Assembly (NCBI GenBank): GCA_965261005.1
Contig: OZ253375.1
Coordinates: 2,400,001-2,464,000, forward strand
Length of the DNA stretch: 64,000 nt
From: Deinococcus sp.
Lineage (GTDB): Bacteria > Deinococcota > Deinococci > Deinococcales > Deinococcaceae
Reading direction: 5' to 3'
The notes under the pieces are model-generated. The model was not told the origin of the DNA, searched no databases, and saw nothing but the letters and a program-made list of their open reading frames with translations. Positions 43,214 to 53,046 of the stretch are shown here, one piece after another; the first letter of the stretch is position 1, and each line of letters starts with the position of its first letter. The position numbers and the translations under genes are program-made.

Positions 43214-44378
43214 CTCAGTACCCGACAGGAAGGTCTAAAGGTTGTGTGACACGAGGAGAGACAGCAGAGCCGGGGCAAACTGTGGTTGATGAGTACCCAG
43301 CCCCCCGGCACCACTGACGCTACCCTGCGCGCGCTCGTCGCGCAACACCTGCCCGGACGCCGCTCTGACCAGCGCGCTCGTCTCGCCGATATGTTGCTCG
43401 CTACCGTCCACGCCCAGCACGTCACTCACCGCAAACTCGCCCAGCACTTGCCGGGTGACGCCCGACCCGAAAGCAAAGAACGTCGCGTCGCCCGCTTCTT
43501 CGCCGCAGAGACCTTCACTCAGCACGAGGCCGCCCAACTGATCCTGCCGCTGTTGGGGAGCGGCAAGTTGACGCTCGCGATGGACCGCACCAACTGGCGC
43601 TATGGGCAATATGATCACAACATCTTGGTGATTGGGGCGGTGTTTGCTGGCTACGCTCTCCCCTTGGTGTGGGACGTGCTGGACCACGGCGGCGCCAGTT
43701 CGACTGCCGCGCGCATCGCGCTGCTCGACCGGCTGCTGAGCGTCATTCCCGCACAGCGCATTGCGGTGCTGCTGGCCGACCGTGAGTTCGTGGGCAAAGA
43801 CTGGTTCGCGGCCCTGGAACAACGACGGCTCAAGCGCTGCATCCGCATTCGTGAGGACACCCTGCTCGATGACATCGCGGTTCGAGACGCCTTTGCACAC
43901 CTGACGCCCGGCGAGGTGCGCGGCCTGCTCGACAAAGAGGTGGTCTACGGCGCTGAGATGCAGGTGGTTGCCACACTGTCCAGCGAAGGTGAGCGCGTTG
44001 TGATCGCTTCGGACCTCTCGCTGTTCGACACCTGTGAGCGCTACCGGTCGCGCTGGTCCATCGAATGCACCTTCGGCGCTTACAAACTGCGCGGCCTCAA
44101 TCTGGAGGCGACCCACATGACCGACCCTGCCCGCATCGAAACGCTGGTCAGCTTGCTCACGGTCGCCTTCGTCTGGGCGCTGCTGGTCGGTCTGGTGCGG
44201 GAACAAGAGGCGCCCGTACGGCTCAAAACGCACGGGCGCAAAGCCAAGAGCACCTTCCTGACCGGCCTCGATCTGCTTGTGGACGCCCTCAAGTGGAACC
44301 TTGAGCGCGCCAGGTCCTGTCTGGCCCTGCTCTTCCCGGCCCTTCAGATGCCACCGACCCTACCTGTCGGGTACTGAG
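43214..44378 (+). mobile_element. IS4-family insertion sequence (1165 bp)
   Basis: 16-bp perfect TIRs ctcagtacccgacagg / cctgtcgggtactgag; 9-bp TSD cttgaatac (43205-43213, 44379-44387). Confidence 0.95.
43286..44377 (+). CDS. IS4-family DDE transposase
   Basis: AMDRTNW, LADREF, YRSRWSIECTFGAYK (YREK motif). Confidence 0.93.
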   Translation: MMSTQPPGTTDATLRALVAQHLPGRRSDQRARLADMLLATVHAQHVTHRKLAQHLPGDARPESKERRVARFFAAETFTQHEAAQLILPLLGSGKLTLAMDRTNWRYGQYDHNILVIGAVFAGYALPLVWDVLDHGGASSTAARIALLDRLLSVIPAQRIAVLLADREFVGKDWFAALEQRRLKRCIRIREDTLLDDIAVRDAFAHLTPGEVRGLLDKEVVYGAEMQVVATLSSEGERVVIASDLSLFDTCERYRSRWSIECTFGAYKLRGLNLEATHMTDPARIETLVSLLTVAFVWALLVGLVREQEAPVRLKTHGRKAKSTFLTGLDLLVDALKWNLERARSCLALLFPALQMPPTLPVGY

Positions 44379-44598
44379 CTTGAATACACCTCAGTGGGAT
44401 TTCAGACGCCATACCCGTGGCAGGTCGGGCAATGGGTCAGCCGTCAGTATGCGGCGGACGTGACGCCACGTTATGCCTACGTGCTGGAGATGCAAGAGCG
44501 GCCCACCACCTACAGCACGGGCGCCAACATCTGCATGACCATCTTCGCGCTGCGCTGAGGTCGCTACGCCGGGGCCGAAAGGCCCCTCTCTTTCGACT

Positions 44599-47500
44599 TC
44601 AAGCAGCAAATAGGGTGATCGCCGTCTCGCCTTGCCGCTCCAACCGGACAATGCCCATATCCACCAGCATTTCCAACACGTCTTCTACCTTGTCCGGGCG
44701 CCCGCCCTTGAAGGCCCGCGCCACGTCGCGTGAGGTGAGTGGGCGTCCGGCGAGCTGCAACACCCGTCGCACCTCGCGCGCCTGATCGGCCATCTTGCCG
44801 GGGAAGGGGCGCACTTCCACGGGCGCTTCCGCCTGTACCACCGTCACGTCAAGCTGTCCTTGCACGCCCGCTTCGGGCGCCTGATAGTCACGGCGTAGCC
44901 AGCGCACCTGTCCAGAACGTTCCTCATGGGCACGCTCGGCGTTCAGGGCCGCGAGGTGTTCCAGCACGGCCGCGTCTGTGATGGCGTGCGGCCAGTTGTA
45001 GGCGCCGAGTACCGCCGCGTCCAGTTCGCTGTGAAGCTCCAGCAAGGTGCTCACGAGGCCCTGGGCGTTCACCTCGCGCGCCTTGTCGTCTAAGGGTTGG
45101 CCGGCGCGCAGTTGCTCCAGCACGTTGTACATGCCGGTCATGCTGAGCTTGGGGTGCGCCTCAAGTTGGCGCTTGCGGTGGGCGTCCAGGCGTTCGGCCA
45201 AGTCGCGTATGCGCGCCTTTTGCTCTTCTGAGGCGTCGGGAAAAGGAAACGTCTCGAAGCAGCGCGTTTTGTTGTAGCGGGGGTCATTCCCCATACCTAG
45301 CCGCCCGCCCTGAGCGAGCGCCCAAACCACATGTACGCGGCTCGAAAGCACGCCAAGGTGATAAGCGTCGTCTGAAGCGATAGGAATAAGCATATGGTCC
45401 GGCAAAACGCCAGCGTCAAGGAACGTGAAAAAGCGGTGCTTGCTCGTCTCGACCGTGGCGATGTAGCGGGCCAGGCCAGCGAGGGCGGGGCGGAACTCTG
45501 AGCGGGGCCGCCCGTGTATCCACCACTTCGCGCGAAAGCCCGCATCTCTACTTGAATCGCGTTCCGGCTTCACGTGCTCCAAAACGTGTTGGTACACCGC
45601 CGGAAAGCGCTCCCGTACCTCTTGCGCCGTCAGCCCAAACAGGTCAATCACCATGACGCCGCGCGGCCTTCCCGTGAGGTCCCGCCCGTTGCGATATTCC
45701 CGAATGTGCCGTTCCAAGCCGGGCACGCTGCCCAGGCCAAGCGCCGCCGCTTGCTCAGGCGTCACGATAAACCCGGAACCGGCCAGCATGACGCCGTTGC
45801 TGCTGATCCGCTCGTTTGCCCTCAGCTCGCCCACGCCCGCCACGTCCGCGCCCAGCGACAAATCGGTGTTGAGCTTGCCCAGCGCGCCGCTCAGCGTCAC
45901 CGCGTATTCGTCGTGTTCGCCCTTCTCCTCCGCCGCGACACGCTCCAATACGCCTTCATGCCGCCCGGCCTGCCCCACTGTCATGGCGATTCGCACGGCC
46001 GCCCCATCCGCCGTGTCCACCCAAGGATGGTCGGGAATGGCGTACACCAAACTCAAGCGCTGGCCGACGAACTTTTCGACCACCCGGCGATTGAAGGTCT
46101 GCTTGAGGCTGTTGGTCGTGACGAAGCCGAAGCGGCGCACCCGGCCCATTTCCGCGAGCTGCGCCGCCTTGTACCACCAGAACATCACGAAATCCGCGCT
46201 GCGGGGCATCTCGCCATACACCCGCCACAGGGTTTCCACGTAGCCGTCTCCTAGGGCAAAGCGCATGGCCTCCCCCTTGCCCAGAAACGGCGGGTTGCCC
46301 ACGATGAACTCCGCGTCGGGCCACATGCGCGGCCGGGCGTCCAGATACTCAACGTCCCCCACGGTCGCTTCTGGGTCCGGCACCTCGCGCCCCGTCGTGG
46401 GGTTGCGTTTGGTCGTCTGACCGTCCCAGCGCCTCACGGGCTGCCCGTCCTTGTCCACTTTGGGCCGCGTGCCGCTGAAATTGAGCACGGCGTCTTTGAC
46501 CTGTATGTTCTTGAACGCCTTCAGAATCGGTTCGGGCGGGGTGGCCTTCCCGTGAGTGCGGGCGTACCACTGCAAGTAGCCAATCCACAGCACCAATTCG
46601 GCCACGCCCGCCGCGCGTGGGTTGACTTCCAGGCCCATGAATTGATGGGGGTCCACGTCAAGCAAGGGCGTTTCGCCGCCCAGGCGGGTCAAGGTGTCCA
46701 GCACCTCACCCTCCAGCCGCTTCATCAGCTCCAAGCTCACATAGAGAAAGTTTCCCGTTCCACAGGCGGGGTCAAGAACGCGCACTTCCCGCAAGTGGGT
46801 GTGAAACTCCTTGACCGCGCGCACCGCCTCTTGGGGCTTGGCGTCCTCAAGCAAGCGCTGTACCTGGGCTTGCACGATCAGCCAATCGTCGCGCAGCGGC
46901 TCCAGCACGGTCTTGTTGACCAGACGCTCGACGTAGGCGCGCGGGGTGTAGTGGGCGCCCAGCTTGTGCCGTTCGGTCGGGTCCAGGGCGCGCTCTACCA
47001 GGGTGCCGAAGATGGCGGGTTCCACCTCGGCCCAGTTCGCCCGCGCCGCCTCCAGCAACAGGGCCAGCTCTTCGGCCGTCACCTCCAAAGCTTCGGCTTG
47101 CTCGAACAGCCCGCCGTTGAACCTCAGCACATGGGTAAACAGGGCGCCGCTGTAGCCGCCCGTCGCCATCACGCGCCACAAGTCCTCCAGGGCGGGGCTG
47201 AACTGTTCGGGCGCGTCTTGCAAGCGTTCCAACAGTTGAATGAATTTTCCCTTGGGCAAGAGGTTCATGTCTTCGGCAAACATGGTGAAGATCATGCGCG
47301 TCAAAAAGCCGCCCACCTGGGGCGGGCTGTACAGCGGCGCCCCGTCCGGGCCGCGCCTTTCCTCCAGGCTGCGGCTCAATTGGGCGAGCTGACCCGCCAC
47401 TTTCCGGGTGACGCGCGCCGCGTGCTTGGAGGGGTCCAGGCTGAGGGGGTCGAGCCACACCGTCCGCAGCAGCTCACGTACCTCCTCGCGGCGCAGGTCT

Positions 47501-48027
47501 TCGAGCGCGAAGCGGTGTTGGCGCGGCCCAGGAAAGGGAAGGTAGCTGCCCCCCGTGCGGGTGAACTCGCTGTACAGCTCGATCACGTGCCCCACGTCCA
47601 CCACGATCAAAAAGGGCGGGCGGCCCTCTTCGGGGGGAAGCAGGCGGGCGTAGCGTTCGGCCTGTTCTTTGGCGCGGCGCATCACGCCATCCCAACCCCC
47701 CGTGCCGCGCGTGCCGTGCCCCTTGCGCGTCTTGCGGGGACGGCCCGCCTGTTCTTCCCTGATCTCGGCCTCGACGCCCTGTTTGGCCTCCAGCACAAAG
47801 CAGCCGCGCCGGTACAAGTCGAGAAAGCGCGTGGTCGTCTGCCCGTCCGTATAGACCTCGCGCACCGGCTTCTCGAAGACGTAGGCGTTCCTCGCCTCAG
47901 CGCTCACGGTCGGGTCGGGTTCGGGGACGCCCAGCATCCGGCACAGCTCGGAGAGAAACAGTACGTAATTTGCCCGCTCGGCGCCGCCCGAACTGGCCCA
48001 GCGCGCAATGAAGGCGTCAACGTCCAT
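44599..48027 (-). CDS. MmeI-like (type IIG/IIL) fused restriction endonuclease / N6-adenine DNA methyltransferase
   Basis: N-terminal DLY...LEAK nuclease-like motif; [26 protein letters not shown]-terminal TRD-like CFETFPFP. Confidence 0.9.
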   Translation of the reverse strand: MDVDAFIARWASSGGAERANYVLFLSELCRMLGVPEPDPTVSAEARNAYVFEKPVREVYTDGQTTTRFLDLYRRGCFVLEAKQGVEAEIREEQAGRPRKTRKGHGTRGTGGWDGVMRRAKEQAERYARLLPPEEGRPPFLIVVDVGHVIELYSEFTRTGGSYLPFPGPRQHRFALEDLRREEVRELLRTVWLDPLSLDPSKHAARVTRKVAGQLAQLSRSLEERRGPDGAPLYSPPQVGGFLTRMIFTMFAEDMNLLPKGKFIQLLERLQDAPEQFSPALEDLWRVMATGGYSGALFTHVLRFNGGLFEQAEALEVTAEELALLLEAARANWAEVEPAIFGTLVERALDPTERHKLGAHYTPRAYVERLVNKTVLEPLRDDWLIVQAQVQRLLEDAKPQEAVRAVKEFHTHLREVRVLDPACGTGNFLYVSLELMKRLEGEVLDTLTRLGGETPLLDVDPHQFMGLEVNPRAAGVAELVLWIGYLQWYARTHGKATPPEPILKAFKNIQVKDAVLNFSGTRPKVDKDGQPVRRWDGQTTKRNPTTGREVPDPEATVGDVEYLDARPRMWPDAEFIVGNPPFLGKGEAMRFALGDGYVETLWRVYGEMPRSADFVMFWWYKAAQLAEMGRVRRFGFVTTNSLKQTFNRRVVEKFVGQRLSLVYAIPDHPWVDTADGAAVRIAMTVGQAGRHEGVLERVAAEEKGEHDEYAVTLSGALGKLNTDLSLGADVAGVGELRANERISSNGVMLAGSGFIVTPEQAAALGLGSVPGLERHIREYRNGRDLTGRPRGVMVIDLFGLTAQEVRERFPAVYQHVLEHVKPERDSSRDAGFRAKWWIHGRPRSEFRPALAGLARYIATVETSKHRFFTFLDAGVLPDHMLIPIASDDAYHLGVLSSRVHVVWALAQGGRLGMGNDPRYNKTRCFETFPFPDASEEQKARIRDLAERLDAHRKRQLEAHPKLSMTGMYNVLEQLRAGQPLDDKAREVNAQGLVSTLLELHSELDAAVLGAYNWPHAITDAAVLEHLAALNAERAHEERSGQVRWLRRDYQAPEAGVQGQLDVTVVQAEAPVEVRPFPGKMADQAREVRRVLQLAGRPLTSRDVARAFKGGRPDKVEDVLEMLVDMGIVRLERQGETAITLFAA

Positions 48028-48325
48028 AAGGGCCGAAGGGGGAGCTAGGGGTGGCCTTGGCGGTGGCTGGCAGGCTCATGGGGTTTTCAGTATGCGGTAA
48101 GGGGGGCTTAATTTGAAGGCTTTGCGCTTTCGGTCAGCGACCACCACGCTATTGATAGCGGACTATGTCACGACGGCCATTTGGGTCCCGCAAGGTTTTG
48201 AAAACCCTGCTGAGCGAAAGGAAAGTCGTTGCCGAGTTACGCCGCTATCAATAAGTTCAGAGTGCCAAGGTGGTCAGCTGCGACAGCCACCTCAGTTCTT
48301 TGCCAGCAGCTCGTACAACACACGA

Positions 48326-48859
48326 TTACTCGTCCTTCTCACTCTGCGAACGAGAATTAGGGCTGTTCGAGGGCTGCCTAGGCGCAAATAACCGCGCCCC
48401 AAACACCGTGACGATAGTGACCGCTAACGAGGACACCGCAACTACTGGGATGCGAAGAAGTGCAAAGATGACAGCGACAATAACTGTGCCTCCTACTACA
48501 AACATAGCAAAGACTTGACCACGACTCGCCAGCCTTAAATCTCCTTCAATAGCGCCGACCTCGGCTCTGGTTCTAAGCTCCTCTATTTTGTGGCGATGGG
48601 TCTGCTCAGCAAAGGCAGAGTTAGCGATGCGCTCTGCCAACCCTGTCAAAGCTTGGTCATACTCTTTCAATTGCCTTGGCAGAGGGAGTGGACCGCTGTG
48701 CGCCTCGTAGGAAACTACAACCTCATGGACACCAAGCCGAACTTCACGGCGGATTAACGCAACGATTTCGGGCGATACGCCTGGAATTTCTAGCTCATCC
48801 TCATTGGGCAATGCCAATTGGCTTCCTAGGTCTCGGCTCTCCTCAGGCGACATGACCAA
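48326..48859 (-). CDS. DUF2335-like membrane protein
   Basis: HSGPLPLP..LKEY...GLAERI...EQTHRH..E, then two TM helices; more AT-rich than the host genes. Confidence 0.8.
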   Translation of the reverse strand: MVMSPEESRDLGSQLALPNEDELEIPGVSPEIVALIRREVRLGVHEVVVSYEAHSGPLPLPRQLKEYDQALTGLAERIANSAFAEQTHRHKIEELRTRAEVGAIEGDLRLASRGQVFAMFVVGGTVIVAVIFALLRIPVVAVSSLAVTIVTVFGARLFAPRQPSNSPNSRSQSEKDE

Positions 48860-48907
48860 TGTTATAGCGGGCCAACTGGCCCGCTAACATCTGATGTGTC
48901 GAAAAGA

Positions 48908-49138
48908 CTAACTTAGTTTGAAGTGCCTGAGCACGGCGTTGGTATCGGTGCGAACACGATGCCGGTCTTTCCTGAGTGCCTTAAGGTCATCGCGGGGCGA
49001 GCTGATCGGGTAGTCTTGCAATTTCTGTAGGCGTACTTGAGCCATAGAAGCGCGGTCAAAACCCAGATCAAAGGCGCTTGCGACGCCGTAGAGGAACACA
49101 GAGCGGGCGTATTTGCCCCGTAGCTGCTTCGTTGCCAT
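48908..49138 (-). CDS. Small hypothetical protein upstream of the DUF2335 gene
   Basis: 76 aa, RBS agagg; FLYGVASAFDL...DDLKALRKD..RV. Confidence 0.65.
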   Translation of the reverse strand: MATKQLRGKYARSVFLYGVASAFDLGFDRASMAQVRLQKLQDYPISSPRDDLKALRKDRHRVRTDTNAVLRHFKLS

Positions 49139-49341
49139 TGCAACCCTCTTTCTACTCAGCGCGAGACTAGAGTGCTATCCCTTAGTCCCGATGAGCGTGC
49201 ATGGGTAGCCATTTTCGGCTAGACCTGCTAGGAGTATTGCAGGTTTAAGGCGGCAAAGGTTGAGAAAACTTATAGGGAAGCTTCGCCAGCAAACACGAAG
49301 ATTGCCCCAGCCGAAGCTCTAACAGGACAAAATCCGCGCTG

Positions 49342-49668
49342 TCACAACGCCGAGACGGCCAGCCGCGACAGCCACCCCGGTTGCTTGCCCAGCAACTTGA
49401 ACAGCGTCACCGGCTCGCCGCGTTGCCGTGCCCGCACGGCCGGCACTCGTTCCGGCGAGCACCAGCACAACACCCCGCCGATCCTCACGCCTAGATAGGA
49501 CACGCGTTCAGCGCCATGTAAGACGCGCAATGCCCGCCGCGTGCTCGCCAGGTCTGAAGTCGTAGGGTCGCCCTGGAAGACATAGGCGGCCAATTCCAGC
49601 GTGTTCATCGCCGGCCCCTCCAGGGCTTTGAGAATGCCGCGTTGCACTTTGTCGGGGCCTCGGCTCAT
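49342..49668 (-). CDS. Hypothetical winged-helix-like protein
   Basis: ILKALE..MNTLELAAYVF...STRRALRVL..AERV pattern. Confidence 0.55.
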   Translation of the reverse strand: MSRGPDKVQRGILKALEGPAMNTLELAAYVFQGDPTTSDLASTRRALRVLHGAERVSYLGVRIGGVLCWCSPERVPAVRARQRGEPVTLFKLLGKQPGWLSRLAVSAL

Positions 49669-49879
49669 GCCCTAAGTGTGCCGCTAAGTGTTGCGAGGGG
49701 GAAGGGGCGATGGAACACTTAGGAGACACGCCATAGGCAAAAAGTGTTGGCTCTGACGGGGAAACACTTTTGCGCCTGTGGAACGTTGAGGAGGCGTCTT
49801 CTGATCCTTCATCCACCAGCACGCAAGATGTACAAACTTTCCGGCTGACGGTGCTAGGCGCCTTGCTTATAGTGGACTT

Positions 49880-50080
49880 ATGAACAGCGTGGCGTGCGCC
49901 TGTGGCCGGGAGTGGCGCTTCCGGGCACACCCGCGCGGCCACATCGTCTACAGCAAGGGACGGGGCAGTTGGACGCCTTGGCCGGACAACCCGTGGCCCA
50001 GCACCATTGAGAAATTCCGCTGCGTCTGCGGAAAGCACGGGTGCATCTCAGATAAGTGGAAGAAAAGGCTTGATGACTAG
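49880..50080 (+). CDS. Small Cys-containing (CxC...CxC) hypothetical protein
   Basis: 66 aa, CACG...CVCG; possible leaderless start (TATAGT-N5-ATG). Confidence 0.45.
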   Translation: MNSVACACGREWRFRAHPRGHIVYSKGRGSWTPWPDNPWPSTIEKFRCVCGKHGCISDKWKKRLDD

Positions 50081-50329
50081 GGCAAGCGCAAAGTCCTGAA
50101 ACGAGGGCAAAATTGCACCCAGAACTCCTCCCTTTGCGGGGGGAGGTTGGGAGGGGGGGTAAACGAGCCGGCCCACACGCACTCCGCTTTACCCCCCTCT
50201 CCGGCCCTCCCTTCGGGGTGCTTCGCGCTCCCCGGCGCGGGGGGAGGGGAAAAAGATCAAGCGCTGACTTTGCGGTTGCCCTGCTCATCTTCCCGCTCTT
50301 CAGGGATGTACCCACTCACGCGCGTTCAA

Positions 50330-50358
50330 TTGACATGCACCAAGCCCACCGCTATACT
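50330..50358 (+). promoter_or_regulatory. Sigma70 promoter for the tRNA-Ser/Ser/Arg cluster
   Basis: TTGACA-17-TATACT. Confidence 0.75.
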
Positions 50359-50447
50359 CCATCACGCGCGTCGCCGGTGAACAGCCTGGTCGCGCACCCC
50401 AATTTTGTTACAGGCCTTTTGTGAACAGCAAGGGTCGTGAAGGGCAA

Positions 50448-50535
50448 GGGGGGTTGGCCGAGCGGTTGAAGGCAGCAGTCTTGAAAACTGCAGTAGGGTG
50501 ACCTACCGGGGGTTCGAATCCCTCACCCTCCGCCA
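50448..50535 (+). tRNA. tRNA-Ser(TGA)
   Basis: gcagt-cttgaaa-actgc, long variable arm, CCA. Confidence 0.95.
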
Positions 50536-50554
50536 AAGGCGCGCCGCACAAGAT

Positions 50555-50643
50555 GGAGAGGTGGGTGAGCGGCTTAAACCACAGTCCTGCTAAGACTGCG
50601 TACTCGAAAGGTACCGAGGGTTCAAATCCCTCCCTCTCCGCCA
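50555..50643 (+). tRNA. tRNA-Ser(GCT)
   Basis: cagtc-ctgctaa-gactg, long variable arm, CCA. Confidence 0.95.
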
Positions 50644-50678
50644 AGTTTGCCCAAGCAAGTCCGGGCAAGGTAGTTTGA

Positions 50679-50755
<77 letters not shown>

Positions 50756-50757
50756 AG

Positions 50758-50782
50758 AAAACCCCTTTAGGAGGGGTTTTTC
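50758..50782 (+). terminator. Intrinsic terminator after the tRNA cluster
   Basis: aaaacccct-ttagg-aggggttttt. Confidence 0.8.
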
Positions 50783-51037
50783 CTTTTGTCCCTGGGTCAA
50801 GATTGGTCAGTCAAGATCGGGCGGCGCGCCTTGTTCACGCTGTTCCCAGCTTCACCGCCGAGATGATGATCGGCCGGATGGTCGCGCGCTGGACGTTGTG
50901 GGACATGTGCATCGCCGTTCAGCAGCATGTTTGGGTTCACCATTGCTCAACCCTTCCCCTCATCCCCCAAATCCCATCAAGAGCCTTGGCGTTTAGCCTC
51001 AAGCTATGCTGCTTCTCTCGCGCTTTTCGGCAGGCCC

Positions 51038-52180
51038 ATGACGGGACCGGGTCAACTGCCCGCCACGACATACGCCGCAGGCGGGGGTGCTCTCAAGACC
51101 GACATTGTCGTGATTGGCGCGGGTCAGGCGGGCCTTTCCTCGGCCTACCACCTTGGGAAGCGCGGCTTGGCGCCCAACAAGGGGTTCGTGGTGCTCGACC
51201 AGTCACCGCAGCCGGGCGGCGCGTGGCAGTTCCGCTGGCCCAGCTTGACGCTCAGCACCGTCAACCGCCTGCACGACCTGCCCGGCATGCGCTTTTCGGA
51301 CGTGGTGGACCCCGAAGCGGCGCAGGTGCGGGCCAGCGTCGCTGTGCCTCGGTGCTTTGCGGCCTACGAAAAGGCGTTCAGCCTGCCCGTGTACCGCCCT
51401 GTGAAGGTGGCGGTGGTGTGGGAGCTTGGTGAGCGCCTGCGGGTCGAGACGGACCGAGGTGTCTTGTCCACACGCGGCGTCATCAACGCCACGGGCACTT
51501 GGGAAACGCCGTACATCCCGAGCTATCCCGGCGCCGAACGCTTTCGGGGCCGGCAGCTCCACACAAAGGATTACCGCACCCCGCAGGAGTTCGCCGGGCA
51601 GCACGTGATCATCGTGGGCGGCGGAATCTCGGCAGTGCAGTTGCTCGATGAGATTTCGCGGGTCACCACGACGACGTGGGTGACCCGGCGCGAACCCGAG
51701 TTTCGCGCCGGACCGTTCGACGAGAACGCGGGCCGGACGGCCGTGGCGCTCGTCGAGGACCGCGTGCGGCGCGGCTTGCCGCCGTTGTCCGTGGTGTCCA
51801 TCACGGGTCTGCCCGTCACGCCGACCATTGAGGCGATGTGTGCACGCGGTGTGCTGAAGCGCCTCCCCATGTTCAGCGAAATCACCGAAGACGGCGTGCG
51901 GTGGAGAGGCGGTACCGCGCTGCACGCCGACGTTCTTTTGTGGTGTACCGGCTTTCGCAGTTCCCTCGATCACCTCGCGCCGCTCATGCTGCGTGACGAG
52001 GGCGGCGGGATCACCATGACCGGACGGCTCGCGACGCAAGTCGCAAAGGACCCCAGGATTCACTTGATCGGATACGGCCCTTCCGCGTCCACCATCGGCG
52101 CGAATCGCGCTGGGGCGGCTGTGGCGGGCGAACTGATCACCTTCCTCGGGATCACGCAACTTGAGCCAAAGGCGTCATAA
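51038..52180 (+). CDS. FAD/NAD(P)-binding oxidoreductase (flavin monooxygenase-like)
   Basis: VIGAGQAG, GGAWQFRWPSL, ATGTW, F.G.QLH..DY, VGGGISA, WCTGFR; start uncertain. Confidence 0.85.
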   Translation: MTGPGQLPATTYAAGGGALKTDIVVIGAGQAGLSSAYHLGKRGLAPNKGFVVLDQSPQPGGAWQFRWPSLTLSTVNRLHDLPGMRFSDVVDPEAAQVRASVAVPRCFAAYEKAFSLPVYRPVKVAVVWELGERLRVETDRGVLSTRGVINATGTWETPYIPSYPGAERFRGRQLHTKDYRTPQEFAGQHVIIVGGGISAVQLLDEISRVTTTTWVTRREPEFRAGPFDENAGRTAVALVEDRVRRGLPPLSVVSITGLPVTPTIEAMCARGVLKRLPMFSEITEDGVRWRGGTALHADVLLWCTGFRSSLDHLAPLMLRDEGGGITMTGRLATQVAKDPRIHLIGYGPSASTIGANRAGAAVAGELITFLGITQLEPKAS

Positions 52181-52331
52181 GGCGCCGCTTGGATGATCGA
52201 CACGCCGCAGATGCGTTGCAACACATGACCCACAAACGGCGGCCTTATGCGGGTTCCGGAAAGTCTGTTAACTTTGTTGACTGACCTTCCAGCGGAGAGG
52301 ATGGGAAAAGATACGGCCGTCAAGCTGAGCG

Positions 52332-52541
52332 CTACTCGGCGTCCTCGTTCAGGCGGTCGAAGAAGATCAGGGTGACGGTCAGGGCCAGAAAGCCCGCGAA
52401 CGGCGCGAGCCAGGGCATCAGCCAGTGCAGCGCGACGTAGCACAGCACCCAGGCGCTGCCCCCAACCCCGATGGGAACCAACAGCTCGCGCGCCAGCGCG
52501 CGGCCCGCCTGCTTGCGGTCTTGGGTCGGTCGCTCGTCCAC
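52332..52541 (-). CDS. Small membrane hypothetical protein
   Basis: 69 aa, two hydrophobic helices. Confidence 0.55.
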   Translation of the reverse strand: MDERPTQDRKQAGRALARELLVPIGVGGSAWVLCYVALHWLMPWLAPFAGFLALTVTLIFFDRLNEDAE

Positions 52542-52629
52542 GAGCCGTATTGAAGCAGAAGGCTTGTCACAGTTTCATCACAGCCCGATCAAAGCCTGTT
52601 CCCGGCGTGCGGCCGGACTGATGTGGCCG

Positions 52630-52897
52630 TCATGGTCTTGCGGTGACGGCCCTCAACTCGGTGAGCGCGTCCCGGACAAGCGGCCCAAAGTCTCGCCGAT
52701 TGGCTTCGTCGAGCCAGCGCCCGAACGCCACCTTGAACACCGCCATTCCGGCGTCGGCGGCCAAAGTGGCGGCGGGGTTTCATCACATCGCGCCCCCGAA
52801 GAGCACCTCGCGCTTGTCGGCGAGGCCCACGCCCACCGTAGAGTTCCAGCGCCGCCCACTCAAGCCGGCCGCCCATGTCTGGCGCCCATCGCTCCAT
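52630..52897 (-). pseudogene. TetR-family regulator remnant with internal deletions and frameshifts
   Basis: Fragments in different frames: MERWAPDMGGRLEWAALELY, ADKREVLFGG, AATLAADAGMAVFKVAFGRWL...LVRDALTELRAVT. Confidence 0.7.
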
Positions 52898-52938
52898 CCT
52901 CCCATTTTATCCTTGACGGCCGCACTGTTGACAGCGCC

Positions 52939-52963
52939 TGACATCAGGATTACCCTGATGTCA
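52939..52963. promoter_or_regulatory. Palindromic operator between the TetR remnant and the oxidoreductase
   Basis: tgacatcagg-attac-cctgatgtca. Confidence 0.7.
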
Positions 52964-53046
52964 TTCAGCGACATCGTTCGCTCACGCGTCTGGGCGTTGG
53001 CGAAATGGCCGTTGATGAAAACAATTCACCACCGGAGGATTTACCC

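Larger units (their letters stand above)
42929..44558 (+). pseudogene. Secreted protein gene interrupted by an IS
   Basis: Signal peptide MKRALALALALLAAPCALA; the frame ...SIERLSLEY resumes after the IS as TSVGFQTPYPW...TIFALR*. Confidence 0.8.

Noticed and set aside
50296..50310. cttcaggg as the right att copy of tRNA-Trp
   Set aside because: Only an 8-bp match and it does not include the tRNA 3' end.
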